Of a stretch of DNA of 35,503 nt, positions 15,840 through 25,789 are shown one piece after another. The notes below the pieces were generated by a model, which did not search any database, was not told where the DNA came from, and saw nothing but the letters and a program-made list of their open reading frames with translations. The DNA comes from a virus (lineage: Duplodnaviria > Caudoviricetes). Position 1 is the first letter of the stretch; each line of letters opens with the position of its first letter. The position numbers and the translations under genes were made by a program. The stretch is taken from the IMG/VR virus record IMGVR_UViG_3300032095_000036, positions 1-35,503 of that record. The stretch is one strand, 5' to 3'.

Positions 15840-17036
15840 ATGCCGCAACTGGAAAAGGACATCGAGTCGATTAACGCCAGCCTGAAAGTCGTCGGCGACC
15901 AACTGAAGGCGCAGGCCGAGGAGGCTCGCAAGAACGCCCACCTCAGCGAAGAGACCCGCGCGAAGGTGGACGACCTGCTGATGAAGCAGGGCGAGCTGCA
16001 GGCGAATCTGCAAGCCGCGCAGCAGGCGCTGGCGAAGCTGGAGGCCAACGGCGCCGGCGGTGACGTGCAGCACCAGTCGTTCGGCGAGCAGTTCGTGAAC
16101 AGCGACGAGTTCAAGGCTTTTGCCAGCAAGACGACCCCGCGCGGCCGCGTGGACATGACCTACAAGGCTGCCATCACCACCCTGACGACCGACGCGGACG
16201 GCTCGGCCGGTGATCTGGTTGCCCCGACGCGCCTGCCCGGCATCATCGCGCCCCCGGACCGCCGCATGACCGTGCGCGACCTGATCACCCCGGGCCGCAT
16301 GGACGGCAATACGCTCGAATACGTGAAGGAAACCGGCTTCACGAACAATGCGGCGCCGGTGGCGGAAACGGCCAAGAAGCCGGAATCCACCATGAAGTTC
16401 GACCTGGTGAGCACCACGGCGAAGGTCATCGCCCACTACGTGAAGGCATCGCGCCAGATCCTGAGCGATGCGTCGCAGCTGGCCAGCTACATCGACGGCC
16501 GTCTGCGCTATGGCCTGGCGTTCAAGGAAGAACAGCAGCTGCTGAACGGCGACGGCACGGGCCAGAACCTGCTGGGCATCATCCCGCAGGCGACCGCCTA
16601 CGCTGCTCCATTCACGCCGGCGGCTGCGACGGTCATCGACCAGATCCGCCTCGCGATGCTGCAGGCAGAACTGGCCGAATACCCGGCAACCGGCATCGTC
16701 ATGCACCCGACGGACTGGGCGCGCGTGGAACTGACGAAGGACAGCACCGGCCGCTACATCATCGGCAATCCGCAGGGCGTCATCGGCGCGACGCTGTGGA
16801 ACCGCCCGGTGGTGGCCACCCAGGCGATCGAGGAAGACAAGTTCCTGACCGGTGCCTTCCGTCTTGGTGCGCAGGTGTTCGATCGCTGGCAAGCCCGCGT
16901 TGAAGTCGCCACGGAGAACGAAGACGACTTCGTGAAGAACCTGGTGACCATCCTCGCCGAAGAACGTCTGGCCCTTGCGGTGTATCGCCCTGAAGCCTTC
17001 ATTTACGGCGATTTGGGCAACGTCACCGAACCGTGA
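15840..17036 (+). CDS. HK97-fold major capsid protein
   Basis: Coiled-coil delta domain, EEQQLLNGDGTGQNLLG, NLVTILAEERLALAVYRPEAF. Confidence 0.95.
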   Translation: MPQLEKDIESINASLKVVGDQLKAQAEEARKNAHLSEETRAKVDDLLMKQGELQANLQAAQQALAKLEANGAGGDVQHQSFGEQFVNSDEFKAFASKTTPRGRVDMTYKAAITTLTTDADGSAGDLVAPTRLPGIIAPPDRRMTVRDLITPGRMDGNTLEYVKETGFTNNAAPVAETAKKPESTMKFDLVSTTAKVIAHYVKASRQILSDASQLASYIDGRLRYGLAFKEEQQLLNGDGTGQNLLGIIPQATAYAAPFTPAAATVIDQIRLAMLQAELAEYPATGIVMHPTDWARVELTKDSTGRYIIGNPQGVIGATLWNRPVVATQAIEEDKFLTGAFRLGAQVFDRWQARVEVATENEDDFVKNLVTILAEERLALAVYRPEAFIYGDLGNVTEP

Positions 17037-17082
17037 TGGGATGGGCTCAGCTTCGGCGGAGCCCAATCCCAAGGAGACTGTT

Positions 17083-17316
17083 ATGAAGATCAAGTTCAAG
17101 GCGCCGGACCCGCGTGCCGGCACGGTCGTTCAGATGGACAGCAGCCGTGGGCAGCACTTCATCGACACGGGCGCCGCGGTGCTGGTGAAGGACGACGACA
17201 GCGCGGTTGCGCTGATTCACGAGGACGGCCAGTCTGGCGACAGCGCGCCGGCTTCGGACAAACCGGCGCCCGTTCCGCGGGCCAAGAGGGCCGCAGACTC
17301 GAAGAAGGGCGCCTGA
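17083..17316 (+). CDS. Small head-associated hypothetical protein
   Basis: AAGGAG RBS, preceded by hairpin GGGCTC..GCTTCGGC..GAGCCC. Confidence 0.75.
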   Translation: MKIKFKAPDPRAGTVVQMDSSRGQHFIDTGAAVLVKDDDSAVALIHEDGQSGDSAPASDKPAPVPRAKRAADSKKGA

Positions 17317-17317
17317 C

Positions 17318-17662
17318 ATGCCAATCCTCGACCTCACTCTGGTGAAGTCGCATCTGCGGGTCACGTGGGCGTCCGAGGATCAGCTGATCGGCGTCTATCA
17401 GGCCGCCGCCGAGGGCGCGGCCGCCTCGTTCCTGAACCGGAAGGTGTTCAAGGACGAAGCGGAACTGCTGGCGGCTGTCGAAGCCGGGACCGCAGGCGAC
17501 GACCCCATCATCGCCAACGCCGAGATTCAGGCGGCCGTGCTGCTGACGGTCGGGCACCTTTACGAGAACCGCGAGAACACCGTCGTCGGCCTGTCCGCTG
17601 TCGAGCTGCCGCACGGCGCGCGCGAGTTCCTGCAGCCGTACCGCGTGGGGCTGGGCGTATGA
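17318..17662 (+). CDS. Head-tail connector (HK97 gp6-like)
   Basis: VKSHLRV...AVLLTVGHLYENRE. Confidence 0.9.
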   Translation: MPILDLTLVKSHLRVTWASEDQLIGVYQAAAEGAAASFLNRKVFKDEAELLAAVEAGTAGDDPIIANAEIQAAVLLTVGHLYENRENTVVGLSAVELPHGAREFLQPYRVGLGV

Positions 17663-18000
17663 GGGCCGGCGCACGATCGGCGCTGGTGGAGATCCAGCGC
17701 AACGTACCCGTCCGCGACGAGGCCGGGCAGCCCATCTCGTCGTGGCAGACGGTCGCCACGGCGTGGGCGGATGTGCGGCACCGTAGCGGCATGGAGGCCA
17801 TCCGCGGCGACGCGCCAGCCTCGGTGGTGCAGGTCAGCGCCCGGCTTCCGTATCCGGTGATGGCCGAGATCCAGATCGACACCGGCATGCGGCTGCTGCA
17901 CGAGGGCGAGCGATACGACATCCAGGCGGTGCTGCCGGACCGCCAGAAGCGGCAGCACGTCGACCTGGTGTGCCAGCTCGTACCGGCTCGCGTGGAGTAG
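17659..18000 (+). CDS. Head closure protein (SPP1 gp16-like)
   Basis: MRAG..S.LVEIQR...DEAGQP...W..VA.AWADVR...YDIQAVLPD. Confidence 0.85.
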   Translation: MRAGARSALVEIQRNVPVRDEAGQPISSWQTVATAWADVRHRSGMEAIRGDAPASVVQVSARLPYPVMAEIQIDTGMRLLHEGERYDIQAVLPDRQKRQHVDLVCQLVPARVE

Positions 18001-18004
18001 CGCC

Positions 18005-18526
18005 ATGTCATTCGCCTTCGACGGCGACCTTGCCGCCTCGCTGGACAGCCTTGAGGAGCGGCTGGTCTCTGAGATCGTCCGTCCGATCGCCCGGGCCGGC
18101 GCGCTGGTCTTCTACGAGGAAGCGCGCCGGCTGGTGCCGGTTTATCAGGGCGCACCGATCAAGCGGCGAAACGGCGTGCAGACGCGCCCGGGGCAGCTGC
18201 GGGACGCGATCTACCACGTCTACGCAGACCGCCTGTCGAGCGACCGCCGCGCGGTGTACCAGGTGAGCTGGAACGCCAAGAAGGCGCCGCACGGGCACCT
18301 GGTCGAGTACGGTCACTGGCGCATGAACAAGCTGGTGAAGACGCCGACTGGCTGGGCGGCCACAACCGAGCGCCTGGCCACGCCAGTCCGCGTGCCGGCC
18401 GTCGCCTTCATGCGGCGGTCCGGCGACCGGGCCGAAGCGGCTATTGAAGCCATGCGCAAGCGCGCCGCGGAGAAGATCGCGGAGGTGCTGAACGGTGTGA
18501 GCAACACCAGCGGAGAGTATTCATGA
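18005..18526 (+). CDS. HK97 gp10-like neck protein
   Basis: GQLRDAI, APHGHLVEYGH, AFMR. Confidence 0.85.
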   Translation: MSFAFDGDLAASLDSLEERLVSEIVRPIARAGALVFYEEARRLVPVYQGAPIKRRNGVQTRPGQLRDAIYHVYADRLSSDRRAVYQVSWNAKKAPHGHLVEYGHWRMNKLVKTPTGWAATTERLATPVRVPAVAFMRRSGDRAEAAIEAMRKRAAEKIAEVLNGVSNTSGEYS

Positions 18527-18870
18527 CGGTGGAAGGCGAACTGAGCCGCGCGCTAGGCGGGCTGGTCGGCGACCGCGTTTATCCCGACACGGCGCCGGAC
18601 GGCGCGCAACTGCCGTTCATCGTCTACCAGCAGGTCGGCGGCACGCCGTTGGAGTTCTTGGCCGGTGTGCCAGACAAGCGTAATGGCCGGTTCCAGATCG
18701 AAGTCTGGGCCAGCCGCCGCGCCGAGGCTAGCGGCCTGATCCGTCAGGTGGAGGACATCGTGCGGACTGACCCGGTGCTGCTGGGCACGACGCTGGCAGG
18801 CGCGCTGGCCACCTATGACGACGTGCTGAACTGGTACGGCGCCCAGCAGGATTTCTCCATCTGGTTTTGA
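18523..18870 (+). CDS. Tail terminator (DUF3168-like)
   Basis: RVYPD.AP...LPFIVYQQVGG...RFQIEVWA. Confidence 0.85.
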   Translation: MTVEGELSRALGGLVGDRVYPDTAPDGAQLPFIVYQQVGGTPLEFLAGVPDKRNGRFQIEVWASRRAEASGLIRQVEDIVRTDPVLLGTTLAGALATYDDVLNWYGAQQDFSIWF

Positions 18871-18899
18871 GTTGACGCCCGTTCGGGCGCTTACCCACA

Positions 18900-18921
18900 G
18901 CCCGCTGACGCGGGCATTTTT
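18900..18921 (+). terminator. Terminator-like hairpin before the tail tube gene
   Basis: GCCCGC-TGAC-GCGGGC-ATTTTT. Confidence 0.55.
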
Positions 18922-18938
18922 CGTTTACGGAGCCAACT

Positions 18939-19598
18939 ATGTCGGTACGTCTTCCGAACGGTTCGATCTTCGCCATCGCTTCCGCGCTGGCCGCCGCGAC
19001 CACCGTCACGGCGATGAGCAACGCCGCCCCGCCTGTCGCCACGGCGGCGGGCCATACCCTCGTCGATGGCGACATCGTGACGATCGCCTCCGGCTGGACG
19101 CGGCTCGACGGGCGCATCGGTCGCGTGACCGATGCCGATACGGACGGCTTCGCGCTGGAAGGTTTCGACGCTACCAGCACGCTGAACTACCCGCCGGGCA
19201 GCGGCGCCGGCTCGGTTAGCAAGATCAACACCTGGACCGAGATCCGCCAGACGCTGACCTCGACCAGCCAGGGTGGCGAGCAGCAGTTCTACACCTACTC
19301 GTTCCTCGAGGACACCGGCGACGACAAGCAGATCCCGACCACGCGCAGCGCCCGGTCGATCACGCTGACGATCGCCGACGATCCCACGCTGCCGCAGTAC
19401 GCCGTGCTGAAAGCGGCCGACGAAGACCGCGAACCGCGTGCCATCCGCTTCCTGCTGCCGAACGGGGACGCCATCTACTTCATGGCCTACGTGTCGATGT
19501 CGGACATGCCGACCACCACGAAGAACGAGGCCATGGCGATCACGGTCACGCTGTCGCTGCTTGGCAAGCCCACCCGCTACAACGCCGCAGGTGCCTGA
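18939..19598 (+). CDS. Major tail tube protein
   Basis: MSVRLPNGS..., GGEQQFYTYSFLED; position. Confidence 0.9.
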   Translation: MSVRLPNGSIFAIASALAAATTVTAMSNAAPPVATAAGHTLVDGDIVTIASGWTRLDGRIGRVTDADTDGFALEGFDATSTLNYPPGSGAGSVSKINTWTEIRQTLTSTSQGGEQQFYTYSFLEDTGDDKQIPTTRSARSITLTIADDPTLPQYAVLKAADEDREPRAIRFLLPNGDAIYFMAYVSMSDMPTTTKNEAMAITVTLSLLGKPTRYNAAGA

Positions 19599-19948
19599 TG
19601 TTCAAGATCAATCCGAATCCCACCTTCACCGCCACCGTCACCATTCCCGTACCTGGCGGCAAGCCCGAGAAGCTGAAGCTGACCTTCCGGCACAAGTCCC
19701 GCGACCAGGCGAAGGATTACTTCGACCGCATCGCCAAGGAAGCGGCCGAAGCGATCGAGTCTGGCGAGAGCGACGACGTCGCGCGCGAGCGGCGTGCCCT
19801 CGAAGAAATCGTGGCCGGCTGGGAGGACGTCGACCAGCCGTTCTCTGGTGACGCGCTGGAGCAGCTGCTGCAGAACTACCACGGCGCGGCCACGGCCATC
19901 CTCGACACCTACACGACCGAACTGAACCTCGCGCGCCGGGGAAACTGA
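19598..19948 (+). CDS. Tail assembly chaperone (gpG analogue)
   Basis: MFKINPNPTFTATVTIPVPG; ends G GGA AAC TGA. Confidence 0.9.
   Translation: MFKINPNPTFTATVTIPVPGGKPEKLKLTFRHKSRDQAKDYFDRIAKEAAEAIESGESDDVARERRALEEIVAGWEDVDQPFSGDALEQLLQNYHGAATAILDTYTTELNLARRGN
19939..19945 (+). other. Programmed -1 frameshift site GGGAAAC (G-T fusion)
   Basis: X XXY YYZ heptamer just before the stop; the -1 frame is open into the 19966-20256 ORF. Confidence 0.85.
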
Positions 19949-20256
19949 TCGCGGCGGCCCGCCGGATGTATTGGCGGGCGCCGCCGGACGATGAACTGGC
20001 CGCATTCGGCCTGAAGGTATCGGACGTCACGCCGCCTGACGCTGAGGTCTGGCCGGAGAACGCCACCGCGCTGGACGTTTTCGTGCAGATGGGCACGCAG
20101 TGGCGCGTCGGCGCGGGCGGGCCGGTGGGGCTCGACTATGGCGTGCTGCCCTTCGTCATGCGCATGAGCGGCGTGCCGCCGGGCGAGCGCGGCGAGGTAT
20201 TCGAGGCGATCCGCGTCATGGAACACGCGGCCCTGCAGGCAATGAGCGAGGAATGA
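19945..20256 (+). CDS. Tail chaperone T portion (DUF1799-like)
   Basis: EVWPEN..A..VF..M.TQWRVG..G..GLDY. Confidence 0.85.
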   Translation: MIAAARRMYWRAPPDDELAAFGLKVSDVTPPDAEVWPENATALDVFVQMGTQWRVGAGGPVGLDYGVLPFVMRMSGVPPGERGEVFEAIRVMEHAALQAMSEE

Positions 20257-20257
20257 C

Positions 20258-23119
20258 ATGAGCGAGGTAGTCGGGAAAGCCACCCTACAGGCGGATGCCG
20301 ACGTCTCGGGGATCAAGGCCGGATTCGCGGAGGCGAAGAAGTCGGTTCAGGACTTCGAACAGGCGGCCGCCAAGTCCGGGCAGAACACCTCGCGCAGCGT
20401 GCGGGGCATGGGCGATGCAGCCCGCGAAGCCTCCGACCGCATGGATGCCGCGGCGCGCCGGTTCCTGCAGTCGCTCGAGCGCCAGGCGGACCGCGCCGGC
20501 AAGACGGCGGCGGAGTATGCCGCGCTGCGCGCCCAGCAGCTCGGCGTGAGCGATGCGGCGGCGCCATTCGTCGCCCGCCTGAAGGCGGCGGAGGCAGCGA
20601 CCGATAGCCTGGGCATTTCTGCCCGTCAGACGGCCGCGGCGCTGCGGATGGTGCCGGCCCAGTTCACCGACATCGTGACGCAGCTGGCCGGCGGCCAATC
20701 GCCGCTGCTGATCCTGACGCAACAGGGCGGCCAGCTGAAAGACATGTTCGGCGGGATCGGTCCGGCCGCGCGGGCGCTGGGCGGGTATGTGGCCGGCCTG
20801 ATCAATCCGTTCACGCTGAGCGCCGGCGCCGCGGCCGCGCTCGCCTTCGCCTTCGAGAAGGGCTCCCGCGAGTCCACTGCCTATCAGCGCGCGCTGATCT
20901 CCAGCGGTAACGCGGCCGGCGCCACGGCGGCGCAGCTTGCCGGCATGGCGCAGCGGATCAGTGAGACAGTCGGCACGCAGGGCGCCGCGGCAGAGGCCCT
21001 GACGCAACTCGCGGCTACCGGTCGCATCGCTGGTGAGCAGTTCGAAAGCTTGGCCAGCGCCGCGCTGGCGTGGCAGAAGGCCACTGGCACGGCCATCGAC
21101 GACACGGTCAGGCACTACGTCTCGCTTGGCGATGAGCCTGTGAAGGCGTCGCTGAAGCTGAACGAGCAGTACAACTACCTGACCTTCGCCGTCTACGAGC
21201 AGATTCGCGCGCTGGAGGAGCAGGGCCGCAAGGACGAAGCGGCCGCGCTGGCGCAGCAGACGTTCGCCGACGCCATGTCGCAGCGCTCCGACCGGATCAT
21301 GCGCAGCCTTGGCCTGCTGGAACGCGGCTGGAACAGCGTCGCCGGCGCGGCGAAGAGCGCCTGGGACTACATGCTGGGCATCGGGCGCCCGGATACGCTG
21401 GCCGACGTGCGGCGAAATATCGCCGATGTGCAGGCCGAACTGGCGAAGATGGGAGACGGGTCGGGCTTCGGCTCGACCGCCGGTGGGGCGGCCACGGGCG
21501 ATGGCAACCGCCGCCGTGCCGGTGCGCTGGCCCGCCTGCGCGCCCTGCAGGCTCAGGAGCAGGCCTTGCAGGCCGATGCCGAGAAGGCCAAGGCCGACGC
21601 CGACGCCAAGGCCGCCGAGCGGGAGAAGATCGCCGCGCAGCAACGCCTGGATGCGCAGGAGAAGGCAACACGCAGCCGTGCGCAGCAGCGCAAGGAGGAG
21701 ATCGACCAGCTGAAGCGTGACGCCCAGACGCTCGGCCTTGCCCAGGACGAATACAACCGCCGTGTCGCCCTGATCAACGAGAAGTACAAGGACCCGAAGG
21801 GGCCGCGGGCTCGGGCCTATACCGAGGACGCGGGCACGCGGTTCCTTGATCAGCTGCGTCAGCAGCAGGCGGCCCTGCGGGCCCAGTTGCTGGATACCGA
21901 CAAGCTGACGGCGGCCGAGAAGAAGCGCGCCGAGTTCGAGCAGATGATCGCGGACATCAAGTCCAAGAAGGTCTTGACGGCCGACCAGCGCAGCCTGCTG
22001 GCACGTGAGGCGGAGATCCGGGCCCAGCTCGAGCTGAACGTCGCGGCAGATGCCGAGGTGGAAGCGAAGAAGGCGGCCACAAAGGAGCAGGAGAAACAGA
22101 ACCGGCTGCTGGAGCAAGCGCGGACGCAGGCGGTTGGCATCGAGGCCCGCATCCGCGAGAACGCCGCATCGCGCGCCGAGCAGTACGACCGACAACTGGC
22201 CGTGTTCGGGCTTGGCAGCCAGGCCCGCGAGCAGCTCGCGTCGACGCAGTCGGTCTACCGCGAGTTCGACCGCATCCGCACCGACTGGATTAAGACCATG
22301 TCCGAGAAGGGCATGGTTGGCACGGACCTCTATGTCGAAACGATCGATAAGATTCGCGACGCCCAGCAGGCGGCGGTGGAGCAGGTCGGCCAGTACTACA
22401 GCGACCTGCGGACGAAGCAGAGCGATTGGCGCTACGGCGCGCTGGCCGCCATGTCGGACTACCGCGACTATGCGGCAAACGTGGCGGACCAGACGGGCCG
22501 GCTGTTCGGCGGCCTGTTCCAGGGACTGGAGGATTCGGTCGTCAAATTCGCGATGACGGGCAAGCTCAGTTTCGGCGACTTCGCCAAATCCGTGATCGCG
22601 GACCTCGCGCGCATCCAGGCGCGCGCGGCGATCTCGGGTCTCGCACAGATGGGCATCAACTTTGTGGGCAGCCTGTTTGCGGCGGGTGCCGGAGCGGCGG
22701 CCACTTCGGGCAGCGCCTGGAACGCGTTCAGTACCGGCCCCAGCGCTGCGGCCTACACGTCGACCACCGGCGCCACCGGCACAGGGATGTTCAGCAACCC
22801 GACACCGATGTTCGGCGGCTTCCGCGCCGGCGGTGGCAACGTCGAAGCCGGTAAGGCGTATGTCGTTGGCGAGAAGCGGCCGGAGGTGTTCGTGCCGGCG
22901 CAGTCTGGCCGCATCCTGCCGAGCGTGGGGGGCGGCGACATCTACGTCAGCACGCAGGTGAACATGCAGGATGGAACGTCGCAGACGCAGGTGAACGGCG
23001 GTGATGCTGCCCTCGGAAAGCAGGTGGGCGACATGGTCAATGCAGCGGTGTCCGACCGCCTGAATCGAGAGATGCGCCAGGGCGGCCTGTTCTGGAGGAT
23101 GCGGATGGGGCAGGCATAA
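20258..23119 (+). CDS. Tape measure protein
   Basis: 953 aa, Ala-rich; PAQFTDIVTQLAGGQSPLLILTQQGGQLKDMFGG. Confidence 0.95.
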   Translation: MSEVVGKATLQADADVSGIKAGFAEAKKSVQDFEQAAAKSGQNTSRSVRGMGDAAREASDRMDAAARRFLQSLERQADRAGKTAAEYAALRAQQLGVSDAAAPFVARLKAAEAATDSLGISARQTAAALRMVPAQFTDIVTQLAGGQSPLLILTQQGGQLKDMFGGIGPAARALGGYVAGLINPFTLSAGAAAALAFAFEKGSRESTAYQRALISSGNAAGATAAQLAGMAQRISETVGTQGAAAEALTQLAATGRIAGEQFESLASAALAWQKATGTAIDDTVRHYVSLGDEPVKASLKLNEQYNYLTFAVYEQIRALEEQGRKDEAAALAQQTFADAMSQRSDRIMRSLGLLERGWNSVAGAAKSAWDYMLGIGRPDTLADVRRNIADVQAELAKMGDGSGFGSTAGGAATGDGNRRRAGALARLRALQAQEQALQADAEKAKADADAKAAEREKIAAQQRLDAQEKATRSRAQQRKEEIDQLKRDAQTLGLAQDEYNRRVALINEKYKDPKGPRARAYTEDAGTRFLDQLRQQQAALRAQLLDTDKLTAAEKKRAEFEQMIADIKSKKVLTADQRSLLAREAEIRAQLELNVAADAEVEAKKAATKEQEKQNRLLEQARTQAVGIEARIRENAASRAEQYDRQLAVFGLGSQAREQLASTQSVYREFDRIRTDWIKTMSEKGMVGTDLYVETIDKIRDAQQAAVEQVGQYYSDLRTKQSDWRYGALAAMSDYRDYAANVADQTGRLFGGLFQGLEDSVVKFAMTGKLSFGDFAKSVIADLARIQARAAISGLAQMGINFVGSLFAAGAGAAATSGSAWNAFSTGPSAAAYTSTTGATGTGMFSNPTPMFGGFRAGGGNVEAGKAYVVGEKRPEVFVPAQSGRILPSVGGGDIYVSTQVNMQDGTSQTQVNGGDAALGKQVGDMVNAAVSDRLNREMRQGGLFWRMRMGQA

Positions 23120-23461
23120 ATGGCGATCGAAACCTTCAGTTGGCGTGCCGCCGGGCCAAGTGCGCAGGGCGATGTGACCCTGCGCACTCGCTCCGCCCAG
23201 TTCGGCGACGGCTACAAGCAGGTCGTTGCCGACGGGATCAACAACAAGCAGCAGACGTGGCCGATGAAGTTCGTCGGCGACGTGGTGCGCATCCGCGCGA
23301 TTATGGATTTCATCGACCGGCACGCCGGCTACAAGTCCTTCTACTGGACCCCTCCGGGTGGGGTCCAGGGTCTTTATCGAATCGCGCAGTACACGCCGGC
23401 CGTCGAGGCCGCAGGCGTGTACAGCTGCACCGCAACCTTCGAACAGGCATTCCATCCCTGA
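23120..23461 (+). CDS. Distal tail protein (lambda gpM-like)
   Basis: AQFGDGYKQ...DGINN, FIDRHAGYKSFYWTPP. Confidence 0.9.
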   Translation: MAIETFSWRAAGPSAQGDVTLRTRSAQFGDGYKQVVADGINNKQQTWPMKFVGDVVRIRAIMDFIDRHAGYKSFYWTPPGGVQGLYRIAQYTPAVEAAGVYSCTATFEQAFHP

Positions 23462-23462
23462 T

Positions 23463-24503
23463 ATGGCAAAGCAAACAATTGGTCTCGGTACCGCGCCAGC
23501 GGGTACCGACGGGGATACCGTTCGCTCGGCCTTTACCAAGGCCAATGCCAACTTCGACGAGCTGTACACGCGCACGCAGGGGAAGCTGACCAAGAGCATC
23601 GCAGGAGGCGCCGGCACTGTCGCGCTCACCGCCGCTGAGGCGTTGAACGGCTTCATTGATCTGACCGGCGCCATCACCGGCAACAAGGTGGTGACCGTGC
23701 CGGCATCGCCGTCGATGTCATGGGCGGTGCGGAACGCGACCACGGGAAATTTCACGGTCACCTTCAGAACGGCTACCGGAACCGGCGTGGTTGTCCCACA
23801 AGGGATGACGCAACTGCTGGCCTCGGATGGCGCGAATGTCGTCAGCGCGGTCGGTCAGCTTCTCGATGTGAGGGTTTTCACCTCAAGCGCGACTTACACA
23901 CCAACGCCAGGAACGCGATTCGTGGTCTTGGAGATGGTCGGGGGCGGCGGGGGCGGCGCGGGCTCGCCTCCGACGAACGGGTCGCAGTACGGTGCCGCCG
24001 GTGGTGGTGGCGGCGGCGGATATATGCGTCTCCTTCTGCGACAGAATTTCGCGGGGAAGGCTGTCGTGGTCGGCGCTGCCGGGGGCGGTCAAACCAACGG
24101 CAACGGCTTTGCTGGTGGGGCGACCACGTTTGGCGGAACGCTGATTGCAGCCGGCGGCAGTGGCGGGGCTACTGGACCCGTGACGACTGGTGCAGCGCTT
24201 GTGGGCGGTGGTCAAGGGGGCGGCTTCAACTATCCGGACCTCGCCTCCACATACAACGGGACCGCTCTGGCGGCGGCATGCGGGAACACCGGCGGGGTCA
24301 GCTTCGCGATCGCCTCCCAGGGACTGGCCGTGTCCGGGCAAGGAGGCTCGTCGGTCCTGGGCAATGGAAGTTCAATCTATGACGGCAACCCGGCCACCGT
24401 AGGTGGTGGCGGTGGTGGCGGCGTGGCCGGGCCGAATGCGGGAAGCGGGGCGTCGGGGAAGCCCGGCGGCCCTGGCCTTGCAATCATCTACGAGTACGCA
24501 TGA
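23463..24503 (+). CDS. Side tail fibre with glycine-rich C-terminal domain
   Basis: N-terminal anchor MAKQTIGLGTAP.G..GDT.R.AF.K.N.NF.ELY; VFTSS.TYTP...GGGGGG domain. Confidence 0.8.
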   Translation: MAKQTIGLGTAPAGTDGDTVRSAFTKANANFDELYTRTQGKLTKSIAGGAGTVALTAAEALNGFIDLTGAITGNKVVTVPASPSMSWAVRNATTGNFTVTFRTATGTGVVVPQGMTQLLASDGANVVSAVGQLLDVRVFTSSATYTPTPGTRFVVLEMVGGGGGGAGSPPTNGSQYGAAGGGGGGGYMRLLLRQNFAGKAVVVGAAGGGQTNGNGFAGGATTFGGTLIAAGGSGGATGPVTTGAALVGGGQGGGFNYPDLASTYNGTALAAACGNTGGVSFAIASQGLAVSGQGGSSVLGNGSSIYDGNPATVGGGGGGGVAGPNAGSGASGKPGGPGLAIIYEYA

Positions 24504-24958
24504 TGACCAATCGGTATGCTCAGGTCGCGGACGGTCGTGTCGTCAATATCGTCCTGTGGGATGGCGGATCTCCGTTGAAGACCGACAACCCGCTGATTCC
24601 CATCCCGGACGCCGCGCCGGTCGCAATAGGATATGGCTACGCGAACGGCACCTTCACGGCGCCCGCTGAGCCTGCGCCGAGACCCGCGACGGTGGGTGAG
24701 ATTCGTGCCGCCATACAGGCACACATGGACCGAAAGGCCCAAGAAATGGGCTACGACGGCATCACCAGCGCCGTCACGTATGCGGACGAGCCGGCCGTGC
24801 CCAAATTCCAGGCCGAGGGTATCGCCTTTCGTGAGTGGCGGTCGCTGGTGTGGCAGGCCGGCTATGCGTACCTCGCGGAGGTCCAGGCCGGCACCAAGCC
24901 CATGCCGACTGTCGAGGAAGCCATCGCGCTGCTGCCGCCTCTGGAGTTGCCGGCGTGA
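24500..24958 (+). CDS. Probable fibre assembly/chaperone protein
   Basis: YAQVADGRVVNIVLWDG; AQEMGYDGITSAVTYADEP..KFQAEG..FREWRSLVW; follows the fibre gene. Confidence 0.7.
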   Translation: MMTNRYAQVADGRVVNIVLWDGGSPLKTDNPLIPIPDAAPVAIGYGYANGTFTAPAEPAPRPATVGEIRAAIQAHMDRKAQEMGYDGITSAVTYADEPAVPKFQAEGIAFREWRSLVWQAGYAYLAEVQAGTKPMPTVEEAIALLPPLELPA

Positions 24959-25788
24959 AGATCGACTACGACATCCAGACGCTGGAGCCTGGCGAACGGG
25001 TGGAGTTGTTCGAGCTCGATGCCACCGGCATAGGCGGAGACCTGTTGCGCTTCCATGGGCATACGCAGGTCGGCCCGATCTGGTGGCAAGGCAATGAGTA
25101 CGCGGCGTGGCCGATCCAGGGAAAAGGCTTCGCCCGGACCGGTGAGGGCCAACAGCCTACGCCGAGTCTTTCGGTGGGGAACGTCACCGGCGTCATCTCG
25201 GCGATGTGCCTGTACCTGCAGGATATGGTCGGCGCCAAGCTGACGCGGCATGTCACGCTCGGCAAGTACCTGGACGCGCGCAATTTCCCCCCGAAGCCTG
25301 GCGAAGGGCCATCGCTCGTGCTGGACTTTGCGGGCCTGATGGACGTGGGCAGCAACCCGACGCTCACGCTGGACTTCCAGGCGAACGCCTACCAGGCGGC
25401 GAGTCCGTACTACGCCGTATGGGAAGGGAACCCGGAAGCGGACCCGGCCGAAGAGCTGCCTACCGAGGTCTGGTACCTCGAGCAGAAGACCGAGGAGGAC
25501 AACGTCTCGGTGACGTGGGAGCTGGCCAGCGCGCTCGACTTCGATGGCGTGCAGCTACCACGCCGACAGATCATCGCGAATGTCTGTCCTTGGCTGTCGA
25601 TCGGCGGCTATCGCGGGCCGTACTGCGGTTACACCGGCTCGGCCTACTTCGACAAAGACGACAACCCGGTCGCTGACCCGGCGCTGGACCGATGTGGCGG
25701 TCGGCTACGGTCCTGCAAGAAGCGATTCGGCGAGAACAACCCGCTGCCGATCGGTTCTTTCCCGGCCGCGGACCTGATTCGATCCTGA
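24955..25788 (+). CDS. Minor tail protein L with a 44-aa insertion
   Basis: IQTLEPG..VELFELD, YLDARNF, C-terminal Cys cluster C.W..YRG..CGY..DRCGG....CKKRFG. Confidence 0.9.
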   Translation: MKIDYDIQTLEPGERVELFELDATGIGGDLLRFHGHTQVGPIWWQGNEYAAWPIQGKGFARTGEGQQPTPSLSVGNVTGVISAMCLYLQDMVGAKLTRHVTLGKYLDARNFPPKPGEGPSLVLDFAGLMDVGSNPTLTLDFQANAYQAASPYYAVWEGNPEADPAEELPTEVWYLEQKTEEDNVSVTWELASALDFDGVQLPRRQIIANVCPWLSIGGYRGPYCGYTGSAYFDKDDNPVADPALDRCGGRLRSCKKRFGENNPLPIGSFPAADLIRS

Positions 25789-25789
25789 C

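Noticed and set aside
19939-19945. Tail chaperone frameshift as a novelty
   Set aside because: Well-established feature of long-tailed phages; listed as a feature only
20285-23761. 1158-aa minus-strand ORF, and similar long antisense ORFs at 29204-31687, 15819-17123 and 13739-14896
   Set aside because: Codon-aligned shadows of high-GC structural genes, with no recognisable motifs
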